DNA of 64,000 nt from Octopus vulgaris (lineage: Eukaryota), in contig OX597825.1 of assembly GCA_951406725.2 (NCBI GenBank), positions 29,636,001-29,700,000 on the forward strand. The letters run 5' to 3'. A model generated the notes under the pieces. That model searched no databases. It was given only the letters and a program-made list of their open reading frames with translations, and was not told the origin of the DNA. Position numbers and translations under genes: made by a program. How positions within the stretch are numbered: position 1 is the stretch's first letter; every line of letters starts with the position of its first letter. Positions 27,029-41,184 of the stretch are shown here, piece after piece.

Positions 27029-29314
27029 ATTTTATTTTGTGTTCGTAGTTAATGTTGTAATGTTTTTGATTGTGCTTACATTCAAATATTTTAAGAAGGT
27101 GGCGGGTTTCCAAATTACTGAGGTAACTGTGTCAATCACTTCCCACATTCTCTTTGTGTAAGCATGTGTGTGCATGTGCGTGCATTTTTATGTATAATTG
27201 TGTGTGTGTGTGTGTGTGTAGGTTTGTGGGTGTTTGAAAGCAAAAGAATTTCAAGTGTTTTGTTGGTCTATGCAAAACAGTATTGTAGATCAGCATGAGA
27301 ACTGTCACAGTAGCAATTCATATTGTACCACTGAATTACAGCTGTGAAATGTCTGAAAAATTATGGATTATTATTATTACAAGAGGCATCTCTATTATAT
27401 TCCAAGAACAATATTTTGTTTATGTATTGCAATTTGTCTATTTTTGACAAGTAGCATGAAGGGAAGCAAAATTCTCAACCAGCCAAATTTGTTGATATCG
27501 TTTTAATTCAACCTTACCTTTGTTTATGTTTTTGTGTCTGTTTTCACAGCCTCTTATTGTCTCACATTGCTTACACTTATCAATAGATTTGATGTGTTTT
27601 GTTCCAGTTGTCTGCGCTCTGAGTTCAATCCCTACAGAGGTGAAATTTTTTTTTTTCATCATTTGAGGGTTGTTAAAAAATTACCAGTCTAGAGTGGAGG
27701 TTTGGTGGTGTCTTTGCCAGTTCTTTTTATTTTGATGTGAATTCTTACAGCAATCCTGGTACCATGTTGTATCAGCCTTACTGCTTTTTGGAGACATCAT
27801 GGGTGTCATCGATAAAGAAAACTTAAATACATAGGAAATAACTTGTCTTCCACAAAATAGCTGCTCTGTGTGTGTATGTGTGTGTGTGTGTATGTATGTG
27901 TTTGTGTGTTAGGTTTTTAGAAACGTAAGGTGTTTTGGTTGCCTCTACTACTCTCTGCCATTGGATTGCTGAGTGTCCCTTGCCTTGTTCAGTAAGCATG
28001 GTAAAAAGAAATATTAAGCTCTTAAAGGTCCAACATACTGAGCTATTATTGAGTACTAAAGAAATGTGATGTATATTTTAGAAACAGACTGTATTTTAAA
28101 ATTAATGATTGCACAGTTTGCTTGCACTAAACTGTTCACTGTATAAGGTTTTTAGCATTGGAGACATGCTAACAATATTGCCATATTCTCAATTCAACAC
28201 CACCATTACTACCACGATGTGTCTGTAAGCAGGAGACATACTCAACATGTATCAATTTATTCAGATTAAGAAAAAAGATGCTAAAATCTCTCCAAAAGTA
28301 ACCATTCACTTTGGTTGCTTAAAACTTTGCAGCTTAAATCTAAGCATCCCCATCAAAACAGAAACATGCTCTATCATGTATGTGAAAATATTAACTTTTT
28401 GCATAGGCATAAGGCCTCAAGTTTATAGCAGAAAGCAAATTAGATAGTTTGAAATCATGCATATTTATCAACGATATTAGCTAGAGGAATAAGTTGGTTA
28501 TATCTAGAATCAGAAACTCAAGTAGTGTTCCATATACTTTATTTTAGACCAATCAGCATGTATAGAAATATCAACATCGCATGCATTCATATTTTTATTG
28601 ATTTAACATTGGTTTAATTTTTCTAAAAATTAAATAGAGCAGGAAAATACTAGCATTATACACACATACATACATACATACATGCATACATACATACATA
28701 CATACATACATACATACATACATACATACATACATACATACATACATACATACGTATGCGGAGATGATAAAAATAAAAAATAAATAACAAGAACACTATC
28801 TTTGTTAATTAACCTTCTGCCAAAGGTGGTTTTTATCTTCTTGGGTCATTTGGGAGAACTTCAATTAAGTAGAATTTGGAATGAATTGAAAGCACCATAC
28901 CCCAAGGAATAACAAAGAACATCAGAGTTTTCAGACATACAAGTCAATGAGATGTTCTTTATTTGACTATTTGGAAATATTTTAATATGCAGACAGCAAA
29001 TTAAGTCTCTTGACAGCATTGCGTTTTAGTGATTCTCTGAAAGAGTAAATCATTTGCTATCATGTTTTGTGGTTGTGATAAGCATGTGTTTTTTGCTGTG
29101 TAGCAAGGGAATGGGATGAGGAAGGATGGAACTGATTGCAGTAACATACACCTATTGAAATATTTTTCCAGAATGAATTAAACTGTGAACTAGTTAGAGC
29201 CTGATTATCTCACATTACCGAATTTTGAAATGTTAATACAATACAGAACCTCAGGGAATATTTTATTGTATCAAATTACAGATATGTCCCTTGGAAAATA
29301 AGGATAGACACAAA

Positions 29315-29554
29315 CTTACATTAAAGTTTCTAAGCACGTTTTACCATTATGGTAATATGGAGTCCTGCAAAAGAAGATCCAAATGGATATAGATGCTCAA
29401 CTACAATAAATCCTGCGGAGACGCTTTGATACAATAAGGTGTTCCATGAGAATCCATTATGGTTGAGCATTTATATACATTTGGAACTTCTTTTGCAGGG
29501 TTGGTTCCAAACAATCATAAATGGTGAAATACACATAGGAACTTTTAATATAAG
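29315..29554. repeat. Degenerate ~240-bp foldback palindrome
   Basis: Core arm cctgcaaaagaagatccaaatggatatagatgctcaac matches the reverse complement of gttgagcatttatatacatttggaacttcttttgcagg. Pairing extends outward (cttacattaaagtttctaag / cataggaacttttaatataag) and inward to the loop gatacaat. Confidence 0.8.
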
Positions 29555-29910
29555 CTAATGCCAGTTAGATATTTTAAAATTACAACAGTGCTTAATTTTT
29601 TATATTTATTTAGTTCTGTTTATTATTTTCCACTTGACACAATGCAAGGAATGTCTGTAAAAGTATGATTCGTGTTCTCAAGTAGGACTGAAATGGATGA
29701 AATGCCCAATGTACGTTCATTATCCTTTAGATTTGAAGTAAAAATCTGATCCCTATAAGACTTTTGTTTCAAACCTGAATGATGGTGAAATTATGCAAGG
29801 AATTCCAAACATTTCTACCAACTCACTGCATTTGTTGTGCAATAATATTGATTAATTTTGACAGTAATTAAAGCTAAGTCTTGTAATAGTTGGAAAAACT
29901 ATCTAAGTAC

Positions 29911-30291
29911 AGGTAAGAGGATTTTTTTCCAGCCACGTGGTTCTGCGTTCAGTCCAACTGTGTGACATCTTGGACAAGTGTTTCTTACTATAGCTTTGGG
30001 TTGGCCACAACCATGTGAGTAGATTTGAGAGATGAAAATTGAAAGAAACCCATCATCTGTGTGTGTGTGTGTGTATGTGTGTGTGTGTGTGTGTGTGTGA
30101 TTGTCAACCACCACCAGTTGACAACTGGTGTTGGTTTGTTCATGTTCTCTAATTTAGTGGTTTTGCAAAAGAGAATAAGTGCTAGGCTTTAAAAATAATT
30201 ACTAGGGATTGACTTTTTAAAATTAAGTCCTTCAAGGTGGTGCCCCAGCATGAACATAGACTAATGTCTGAAACAAGTTAAAGCCAAAAGA
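29911..30291 (+). mobile_element. SINE family A (diverged)
   Basis: Same head, internal (TG)n and tail motifs. Confidence 0.75.
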
Positions 30292-31487
30292 TAGCAACTT
30301 GATTGACTTTAGTAATTCACTGATTACGACTTATAGGGTGAGTTGTTAGAATTTTAGCTAGATTACCTCTTGTTATTTGTTCCAACTCTCTGTACGTTGA
30401 GTTCAAATACCAATGAGCTCGACTTTACCTTCCATATCTTTGAGGCCAATAAAATAGCCCCAATGTGGGGCAGTGGATTGGTAGAACTGGTAATGCAGTG
30501 GACAAGTTGCTTTGTGGTATGTTCTGATTCTTTACATACTAATAGCAATACCTGGTGGTGCTACTTGTGTCTAACACCATCGACTTTATTTTTCCTTCCG
30601 ACATCACTGGAGGCTCAGAGAGGGGGAAACTAGCATGGATGAGTAACTGCTCCTCTTTTACAAATAAAAATCAATAAATATATATTAAAGCAAAAGAAAA
30701 AATTGCTCAAGCCTGCACCATGAAGAAGAATTTTATAGGTACAGAAACCTATAATGCGCCATCACTGAAGAAAGCTCTAGAATATGGTATTTGTTTTCAT
30801 TGCCTAGAAGGAATGAAAAGCTAAGAAAACTTGGTCACTTACAGCCATTATTACTTTGGCTTTATAATATTGATTTGATCTCTTCTGATTTTTTTATGAG
30901 ATCGGTTTTTGTAAGGTAAATATTTGGTCTGTTGAACTGACTGCTGTAGATGTTAGGAATCAGTTACAGCAGACAGCATATGGCATTCTTCATTGTGTGT
31001 ATGTAAAACAGTTTTTCAGTTAAATTGCTTTGGGGTAAAACCCATTTTAACAAGAGCATGTAAAAGTGGCAATAGTACACTTAGTCTTGCTGTGAAGATT
31101 GCTCTAGGTTAAAGCACACTAATGAAAGCACAGCATTATGCATTTCATGCCAACGGCTATGAAATGTAAAAGTGACCTCTGTGTGAATCAGATTCATTTT
31201 GGGGAAGAATGAAACTAAATATCATAGTTCAAAACTTTGAGTCTTGAAGTAGTATCATATCTGCAAAGCATTCAAGTACCATAATGTTGATTTCTGATTG
31301 AAAAGCAAAGTCTTATACTAATCTAGGCAGGAACATAAGTTTGAATTTTGAAGCCCTCTCATTAGTTTTTTGTGGCCAAAGTCAGTGGTGTCTCATTTGA
31401 AAAATTATACGGAAACCAAACTCTGTTTTGCATTCTCATTGATAATGATGGTTAAGGAGCAAAGAATTTTCCTTTGATTTTTTTAAT

Positions 31488-31969
<482 letters not shown>

Positions 31970-32394
31970 TTTTTTTCTTTTTTCTTTTTTTCTTTGAGGT
32001 GACGCTAATATTTCACAATTTGAGAACCACTGGTCTAAATGATATGAAATAACTTTAAGCAAATATCAAACACTGAGGCAGAGATCTGACTCATTGATAT
32101 CATATACTGGCATAAATGTATAAAGCATTTATTAATATTGTTATTGACATCTCTTTATTCTACATTGTTTTCAAATGTTCGACTTTTACGATATTCTTAG
32201 AGTACACCTAAATGGAGATTTGCACATGCAAATATACACACATGCACAGACACAAACATAGACATTAACACACACACACACACACTCACACTTACGCCCA
32301 CGCATGTTATAACTTTCCTAAACCTTTCCATACATCTTGCTTACATATTTGTACATATATGGCATTTATGCATGATGGATATATTTACATACAT

Positions 32395-32660
<266 letters not shown>

Positions 32661-33442
32661 AACAGTCTATTATTAGCTATAAAATTGTACAAATGTATAT
32701 GTGTTCATGATTTGAAAACACATGCACACAAACGCACTTATATGTTTATATTCATCTATACACACACACATACATGTATACATACATGCATACATATATA
32801 TATATGTGTGTGTATGAATCTATTTCAAACTGATGACTACTTATAGTCACTTAGTGTCTATAAATACAATTCAATTATGCTTGCACACTCATGGAGTTGT
32901 AGAAAATTATCTGAAATCTGTAAATTCTGAAATGCCATTATGATGTGAAAAATCAGACATTCCTACCTTTAAAACTCCATAGACTTATATTATATTGTTG
33001 TTCTATTTCTAAACCATCACATTCAATCAATTTTCTCCACTTTGCAAACTCATACATTTTAGTTAGACTGTCTGGCTCTGATCTTTATGATAAGTGACTT
33101 CAAAGTTCATCGAGAGGACCCAAGCCAATTCAAGAATAATCTTTTCAGTTCGTTGCATCAATTTTTCAATACTTAATTTCGCTGAGAATCAGTGGATATA
33201 ACAACAACTCGCTTTGCTATCAACATCATTGATCAGTCTCTCACAATTTCCCATGTCTCTTAAATAGTATTTTTTTAAAAATAATAATAATAAAATCTAT
33301 GTTAAATTTTTAAAATCAAAATTAATGATTATAGCAGTGTTTGGAGACAAACATCTGTGAAATAATTATGGTTAATTAATTATAAGAAAACAAATAAACA
33401 AACATTTGGTAATCATCAACAAGTTTTCTTTCACTTGTTTCT

Positions 33443-33479
<37 letters not shown>

Positions 33480-33934
33480 TTCTTCATTTTTTTTGCTTAC
33501 AACTTTACATCAGGCATAGCTCTGTAGTTGAAAGAAATGTCAATAGTACGAAAGAATCTCCAAATATTCTACATTTTTATTTTCTTGTGATTCTAACAAG
33601 TGGTCATTTAATATTTTATAAATCTTAGATCAGGATCTAGATAAAATTATTCTGCGGATATTTTAGTTGAACAAAAATAATACTTCACTTTTTAAATTCC
33701 AAATTCTATAGCACAGATAAGAATTCATGCTACTTTTCTTTTTTATTTAAAAAAAAAATTCTTTAGCTTAAAATCTTCAATCTGCCTTAAACTAAATAAT
33801 AAGAGACTTCAAAAAAGATTATCTTTAACGCTATACAAGCTCCTATCATTATCTGCAGTTAAAACATCTCACCAAATCTTCCCTGTCATCTTGAATGCCA
33901 AAACCCCAGTCTTTGAGGTCTTATCTTGCATCTT

Positions 33935-34108
33935 TTTATCCTCTATCTTTTACTTGTTTCACTCATTAGGATGTGGCCATGCTGGGGCGCCACCTTGAAA
34001 AATATTTAGTTGAATGAACCAAAATCAGCAATTAAATTGGGTTTTTGTTTTAAGTCTTGCATTTATTGCATTAGTCTTTTGTGCTGAACCACTAAGTTAC
34101 AGGGACAT

Positions 34109-34151
<43 letters not shown>

Positions 34152-34251
34152 TGTAATAGTGTATGAAAAATGCATAGAGAGGAAACCACCATTTTTAACA
34201 TGTAAGAAATCCACATGGTGGTTTTCTCACTTTGTATGCTTCATACACTAT

Positions 34252-34291
<40 letters not shown>

Positions 34292-34711
34292 AAGTTAATC
34301 CAAGCACAAAGAGAAAACACAACAACGTGGGGACGTGGAACAAGTATACTGTTATTGGACGCTTAGGAAAGGAAAGAAAGAAGGAGCGTTTAACGTTTTG
34401 AGTGGCGCGCTCTTCATCAGAAACATAGAAAAAGGAAAGATCCAAGGAAGGGAAGACGGAGGAAAAAAAATCGCCAACAAGTGTATATATATACTTGTAG
34501 TTATGGTATATTCTGTTAAGAACGTAGTAGAGTACAGTATGAAGCTCGTCCACCTTCAGATTTCACCCGGTGCTATCCATCAGTAGTATTATAAGTACTT
34601 CCAGGTTTGGATATCCACTCATAATGAATTGGTCAAAATACAATACAGTAGGACTGAACTTGGAACCATGTGGCTGGAAGCAAGCTTTTTACGACACAGC
34701 CATGCCTGCAC
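33935..34711 (-). mobile_element. SINE family A split by secondary insertions
   Basis: Tail at ~33935-34110 and head at ~34650-34711 are separated by microsatellite and inserts, including the hammerhead element at 34291-34482. Confidence 0.65.
34388..34424 (-). ncRNA. Minimal type I hammerhead motif (Penelope pLTR type) in a (TA)n-embedded element spanning 34291-34482
   Basis: Minus strand: gttt-CTGATGA-a-gag-cgcgcca-ctc-AAAA-cg-TT^aaac. Stem I gttt/aaac, stem II gag/ctc, palindromic ACGT at stem III; GAAA is mutated to AAAA at a CpG. Confidence 0.7.
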
Positions 34712-34977
34712 ATACATGTGAGATAATTTCAACTAAGTATTGAAAAACAAAAAGGTTAACTAAATTGATTTTCTAGTTTAAATTAGCTTTTTTCATTTGT
34801 AGCTAGATTTCACATATATCTTCTTTTGAATAGAAACAAAACTGCTTCGACAGGAAAAGCAGAATGTAAGCATTACATTGTACTTCTGAATTTCTACTGA
34901 GTGGTTCTTTGTCTTCATTTGTGTGCCAAGAGTGTGTGATCTTAGAAGGGTCTGTTCTTTTTAGGTTATATTTACTA

Positions 34978-35200
34978 CAGTGATCCTTCACCATATTGCA
35001 GTTCATCTATCATGGTTTATTATTTAAGTTTATGCTGGTTCCTTCATGGTGTTGTTTCACTTTTATAATAAAATAAATATATACAAATCATAAGAATAAT
35101 TAAAAAAAATATACAGTACATTACTGGTTCTACTTCATGGATTTTCCCCTCTCGCAGGGTGCTTTGGAATATAACACCCACGATAGTTAAGGGATTACTG
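34978..35200. mobile_element. pogo/Tigger-like MITE
   Basis: Left end TA|cagtgatccttcacca and right end agttaagggattactg|TA form imperfect CAGT-start TIRs with a TA target duplication. No coding capacity. Confidence 0.65.
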
Positions 35201-35287
35201 TATATTCAGAAGAGAAGGTAGGAGCTTCTGTCAGTCATGGTTGATCCTGTATTTACACATATAGGCTCAGGCCTGAGCAAGACAGAC

Positions 35288-35915
35288 AGGTATAGTTGTG
35301 TGGTCAAGATGTTTGTTTCTCAATCACATTGTTTTAGATTCAGTTCCACTGCTTGCCACCCTGAGGAAGTATTTTATTTCTATATCCCTGGACCAACCAA
35401 GCCTTGTGAATAGACTTGGTAGAGTGAAACTGAAAGAAGCCTGCCATATATGCATATATATAAATAAATAAATAAATAAATACATAAATAAATAAAAATA
35501 TATATATACATATAAGGGGGAATTACCACTATGTGGAAACCCTTATGCTAGAAGAAGATCCGCTATGGTCTTACCACTAAGAATTGCTCTCTAGAAAATT
35601 TTTATTTCTGGTAATTTTAATTTTATATATATATATATAAATATGTGTGCATGTGTGTGTGTCTGTGTGTGTCTTAACATTGCTGTAAATGATTGTCACA
35701 GTTAGACAACCAGTGCCATTCATTTCCAATATTCTGTAAAAACGTGGGTAAATGCCACCTTGTTTGGAAACAAGTAAGTTTGGCAACAGCAAAGGCATCC
35801 AGCTGTAGAAAATGTGTTTCAATAAACTATGTCTGACTGATGAAAGCATGGAAGTCAGCAGTGAAACAATGATGACGACGACGACAATGACAACGACTAT
35901 GATGATGATGATGAC
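35288..35915 (+). mobile_element. SINE with family A head and RTE-type tail
   Basis: Family A head to ~35445, a microsatellite with an insert, then ggcaacagcaaaggcatccagctgtagaaa..gcatggaagtcagcagtgaaacaatgatgac. Confidence 0.65.
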
Positions 35916-37434
35916 TGATAATTACCTAAACATGCAAATCTGTGCTCTTTGTGCCACTGATATTTGTCCTCTATAGCCTTGTACTTTATCTTCTATACTC
36001 AGGCCAATATAATCTTCCACCAGTGCCCCTATAGGTATTGATGTCATAATGCAAAAAGCCATCGAAGATACTACAAAGCTTCCTCCTGCCCTTAGAGGGG
36101 TACATTTTTTATCAATCCAAAGGAATGAAAAGCAAAGTTGGTTTTGTACTGCATTTGAACTTAGAATGCAAGGATTCAGAACTACTACTCCAAGGCATTT
36201 TGTTCAATATTTTAATGGCTCCGTCTATACACCATTTTAATTTGAAACGACAAATACAAGAAATTAGTGAAGTGGAATAGGTGAGTCTATAATCAAACAT
36301 GCATATCTACAAAGTTATGATAACTATTCTATGATTAAAACTATATTATGTTATTAAGTGGATGAGAGATAAATACGAGAGCAAGTAGTATGGCAGTTCT
36401 ATTGTAGATGGCACGGCAGAATCTAATGTCGTTTTACTTGAATGTGTGAATGTTTGTGTATTATCAAAAGTACAAAGAAACATCAACATTAAATTTAAAA
36501 TAAAGACCTTTTGAGCAGGTAGTAGTATTAGTATAACCACTCAGCCGTGTCACTTCTCTGTTTAGCCAGAAAAGGGTAGTAAACCCCTCACCCACCATAT
36601 ACGCTTCTTTTGGACTTCCATAGCTACAAAAGGCTGACTGATTGTTAATATTGCTAACACTTGTCTTCAATTCCCGAAAATTCATGATTAAAGAGAACAG
36701 AAAGTGAGAGATACTGTTGAGATTTGGTAACTAGTAACTACTAATAACCACTAAGTTGTCTACAACAGAATAGCTAAATATTGATTTCTGACATGAATAA
36801 AAGGCTTTACAATTTATAGGTTATTGTGAAATTGGATGGTGTGAGGCTGATTCCTTTCCCAAGAGCATTGGAGACATAAGTGAAACGAAATAATTACAAT
36901 TGTAAATCTATTCAACGACACTTGTCATACACACACGCATGAGCATTTGATTGATTGTTCCTACAAGTGTTTGGTAATGCTATTAATAGTGATACCTGTA
37001 TCTTGCTTAACTGACCCATGATAAGATTTGATAACAATGCTGTAAATAAGTGGTTTGGGTGGGGCACACTCTAAACCAAACAAAAATTCATGTAATTATA
37101 TAAAAAGTAGTATATAACATCATTAGTTTCATGGGACTTCTAACTACACCTTGCAGCACACAAGTGTACAGTTGTGAGCCATTTAGAAACAGCAATTACA
37201 TAGAGTATCTCATCAATTTTTAGTGGGGTTTTATTCAGGTTTTTTAAAATTTTTTGGTATTTTGTGGGAATTGAGCATTGTTGTCCTTTACAGCTAAAAG
37301 GAGGGGGGCAGTTTGAATTGAAATATCTTTACTTAGCAGGAATAGATATGAGGTTATAAAAACGAAGCAACTAAGATCTATGCAATGCAGTCAGTTGATC
37401 TGGAGATTTGGTTTCAAGTGGTGGATTGTTCTGA

Positions 37435-37745
37435 CTTGTTGTTGTTTGTTACTTCTCGAGCCATGCTTGGCTCATAAGGGCCGGTTTTCCGGTTTCCTTG
37501 GCATATAGGTTCCCCACCTGGATGGGACGCCAGTCTATCGCAGGTGAGCTTCAAGATGCAGGGGGAAAGAGTAAGAGAAAGTTGTGGCAAAAGAGTCAGC
37601 AGAAGTTTGCCATTACCTTCTGCCATTGCCACGTGGAGCTTAGGTGTTTCGCTCATAAGCACACACATCGCCCGGTCTGAGATTCGATCCTGTGATCCCT
37701 CGACCGTGAGTCTGCTGCTCTAGCCACTAGGCCATGTGCCTCCAC
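37435..37745 (-). mobile_element. Full-length tRNA-derived SINE (family D-related) with 9-bp TSD
   Basis: Head tggaggcacatggcctagtggctagagc..ggatcgaatc and (AAC)n tail. TSD ttgttctga at 37426-37434 and 37746-37754. Confidence 0.85.
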
Positions 37746-38559
37746 TTGTTCTGATTTGGAACTCATCCCTGTTTAATCTATCCTCGCAGAAAGAGTTAAA
37801 CAACACTATAAGCTAATGAAACACTCAGCAATTTTTAGACATGTAAATCACACCATTTAGTAAGGAATTATTTGATTATTTGAAACATGATTTGATCTCT
37901 AAGTGATGAAGGCTATCAAATATTATTAGTGCAGTGGTTCACTGAAGATAACAATCTAAGGATTACCAGAAAAAGAAAAAAAAAAGAATGTGTACATAGA
38001 AGAATGATTATTTGCAAGTGAAAGAGATGAAGAGAGAGAAATAAATAGAGAAAATGAGAAAGAGAGAGAGAGTGAGAGAGAGGAGAGTTAAGTGCACAAA
38101 ATGGTTATGACTCCTGGTGTGTTTTGATCTTTAATTTTTATGTGACATTTTGATATATTTAAGAATTTTCTGCTGGCTTACTCTGGGCTGGCAGTAACTT
38201 TTGTCATTTCGAGTTCAATTAAAAGCTGCGATAGATTTGGCAGGTTTCCATCTCAGAGCTGGTCAATTTCCAGTCAGTTGTATGATTGCATCACCAATAT
38301 CAACTAAAACTACAACCATTTCCCTTGTTTTTGCTCAATTGCTGTTTGTTAAGTTTGCAAGGAGAAGTTTGATAATATACACATGGAGGCTGATCTGTAC
38401 ATGTTATGGTATCATGGCAGATATTCTCTCAATGACATAAACAAAACGTTGCTTTTATTTACATCTGGAAAATTTGCTCACCTATATTCATAGACAGGTG
38501 TAAAGGAATCTGTTTTCACATTTTTGCACTTTGTTGAAAGCAATGTCCAGACACAAATT

Positions 38560-38614
<55 letters not shown>

Positions 38615-38698
38615 ATCTTTCTCTGCCTGACTGGTTATTTGTCTGCCTACCTGTCTGTCTGTCTCTATTTGTTTGTCTGTTTCTTTCTTCCTCTCTCA

Positions 38699-38734
<36 letters not shown>

Positions 38735-38949
38735 ACACACATATACACATATATATATGTACATATATAATGTATAACACAGAGTGTTTTCAAGATATCT
38801 GCCTGGATTTATTAGTCCAATTTATCTCTTGTTATACATACATACATGTGTGTGTACATATACCAGCAGTCCATGGAAAACGGATGATGATGATGATAAT
38901 GATGATGATAATAATGATGATGATAATAATGATGATGATATATATATAT

Positions 38950-38993
<44 letters not shown>

Positions 38994-39026
38994 ACACACA
39001 CATATACACATATGTATATACATATG

Positions 39027-39071
<45 letters not shown>

Positions 39072-39074
<3 letters not shown>

Positions 39075-39470
39075 TGCAGGAGTGGCTGTAGTAAGTAGCT
39101 TCTTTACCAACCACATGGCTCCAGGTTCAGTCTCACTGTGTGGGACCTTGGGCAAGTGTCTTCTACTATAGTCTTGTGAGTGGATTTGGTAGATGGAAAC
39201 TGAAAGAAGCCCATCATATATGTGTGTGTGTGTGTGTATACATATGTATATGATTGTGTGTCTGTGTTTGACCCCCTCCCCCCACCATCGCTTGACAACT
39301 GATGCTGGTGTGTTTATGTCCCTGTAACTTAGCGGTTCGAGAAAAGAGACCGACATGATAAGTACTAGTCTTACAAAGAATAAGTCCTGGGAATCGATGT
39401 GTTCGATTAAAGGTAGTGCTCCAGTATGGCCACAGTCAAATGACTGAAACAAATAAAAGAATAAAAGAAT
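39072..39470 (+). mobile_element. tRNA-derived SINE family A (internal microsatellite, CR1-like tail), full length
   Basis: Head with A/B-box-like gtggctgtagtaag..ggttcagtctca; core gggcaagtgtcttctac..ggaaactgaaagaagccc; internal (TG)n; tail ccagtatggccacagtcaaatgactgaaac(aaataaaaga)n. Many copies in the window. Confidence 0.88.
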
Positions 39471-39499
39471 ATGTTTATATATTCTACATATATATATAT

Positions 39500-39853
39500 G
39501 TGCCAAGGACTCCAAATTTGCCATCAAGATGTAGGACAAGATACTGCAATAGCCTGGGCTTCAGAGGTCCATAGCTCTTCAATATCCTCCCGAAGGACCT
39601 GAGAGACCTGCATGGGGTGGATGTAGGTGTCTTCAAAATAAAGCTGGACCTCTTCCTGTCAGGTGTCCCAGATGAACCAACTTCGAGGCAGGAGGTGCAG
39701 ATGAGGGCAGCTGCGTCAAACTCTCTCATACACCAAATGTCAATTGCTAAAAAGCATTTGTGAAGTAAAATTATGTAGCAACACCAAATGGCGGCGCCCC
39801 AGCATGGCCACAGTTTGTGAGCTGAAACTAGATGAAATAGAATTAAAAAAAAA
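39500..39853 (+). mobile_element. 5'-truncated CR1/Zenon-like LINE (ORF2 C-terminus plus 3' UTR)
   Basis: 39500-39763 translates VPRTPNLPSRCRTRYCNSLGFRGP*LFNILPKDLRDLHGVDVGVFKIKLDLFLSGVPDEP...AASNSLIHQ, with one internal TAG at 39572. FNxLP and FKxxLDxFL are CR1-group C-terminal motifs. A-rich tail follows. Confidence 0.75.
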
Positions 39854-40400
39854 GATAAAATATACAATCTTTTGGTAATCAGCAAGAAATTCCGATTCCC
39901 ACACTCAGAAAACAGAACAACATCCTTAAATTTAAAATATGAATAAAACTATTATTTACATGCCAACTTACCTCACAAATAACATCCATCCAATTTTTTT
40001 ATATTATTCAAAAGAAACTCTTATATGGGGAGAAAAGGTTTTTCAATATTTTTATCAAACAGCTATATTGCTTATATATTTTTTGAGCTAATGATTCATA
40101 TTTCATTTTCCATGTTCGGAAAATTTGGCAATGCTTCTAACAATTTGGCAAGTATTATAAGAATTTCATATCCAAACTGAGTAATTTCATCTATGTGACA
40201 TAAATATGATTTCAGCAAGTTTAAAAGAAACTATTGAACAATTTTATACAGCGAATAATATTTGGTTCTAAAATGCTAAAATGCATTATTCAACAAATGA
40301 ATAGGAAAGAATACAGCATTCATTTACATGTGTATATTTGTGTGTGTGTGTGTGTGTGTGCATGTGATAACATATAGAAAGGTAGATGCATATTTATACA

Positions 40401-40439
<39 letters not shown>

Positions 40440-40462
40440 ACATATTTTTTATTTATTTATTA

Positions 40463-40495
40463 TTTTTTTTATCTAGTTTCAGCTCACGAGCTGTG

Positions 40496-40500
<5 letters not shown>
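40463..40500 (-). mobile_element. Extreme 3' tail of the same LINE family
   Basis: Reverse complement atggccacagctcgtgagctgaaactagataaaaaaa matches 39804-39833. Confidence 0.75.
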
Positions 40501-40594
<94 letters not shown>

Positions 40595-41044
40595 ATATAT
40601 GTATATATATATATATATGTATGTATGCATATGTGTGTATATATACACACATATATAATGTATACATGCATGTATATAAGTGTTTATCTATATGTATGTA
40701 AATATATAGATATACACTTATATATGTGTATATATATGTATGTGGATGGATGGAGGGAGGGATGGATGGATGGATTTATGGATGTATATATATATATATA
40801 TATGGGGGTGGGATAAAATTGTTTACAGTAGGAAAAACACTTTGCAGTATTTGTTCTGAGTCTTTTACTGCCTGAGTTCAAATCCTACAAAGACCGGCTT
40901 TGCCATTCATATTTTGAGGATGATAATAGGAAGTACCAGTCAATTACTGGGGTTGATTTAATCAGTTAATTGTCCCATAGATTTCTAGGAGCTGTGGATC
41001 TATCTATCTATCTATCTGTTTCTTTCTCTCTCTCTTTCTCTCTT

Positions 41045-41075
<31 letters not shown>

Positions 41076-41184
41076 TAGCATATATGGGTACAGGACATAA
41101 CCAACGTGTAAACAACATGAAGTACGAAAACATACAAGTTAAATACACAAAGAGCATGAGTAGAAACAGGACAAGTAGCATAGA

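Noticed and set aside
34490-34650. CTGATGG...GAAA on the minus strand as another hammerhead
   Set aside because: The stems could not be paired in register in any segment order.
35515-35625. TA-embedded insert with GAAA and small hairpins as a ribozyme
   Set aside because: No CUGANGA core on either strand; kept only as an unclassified insert.
38832-39885. 235-aa and 133-aa minus-strand ORFs
   Set aside because: Antisense read-through of a SINE, microsatellites and the LINE fragment.
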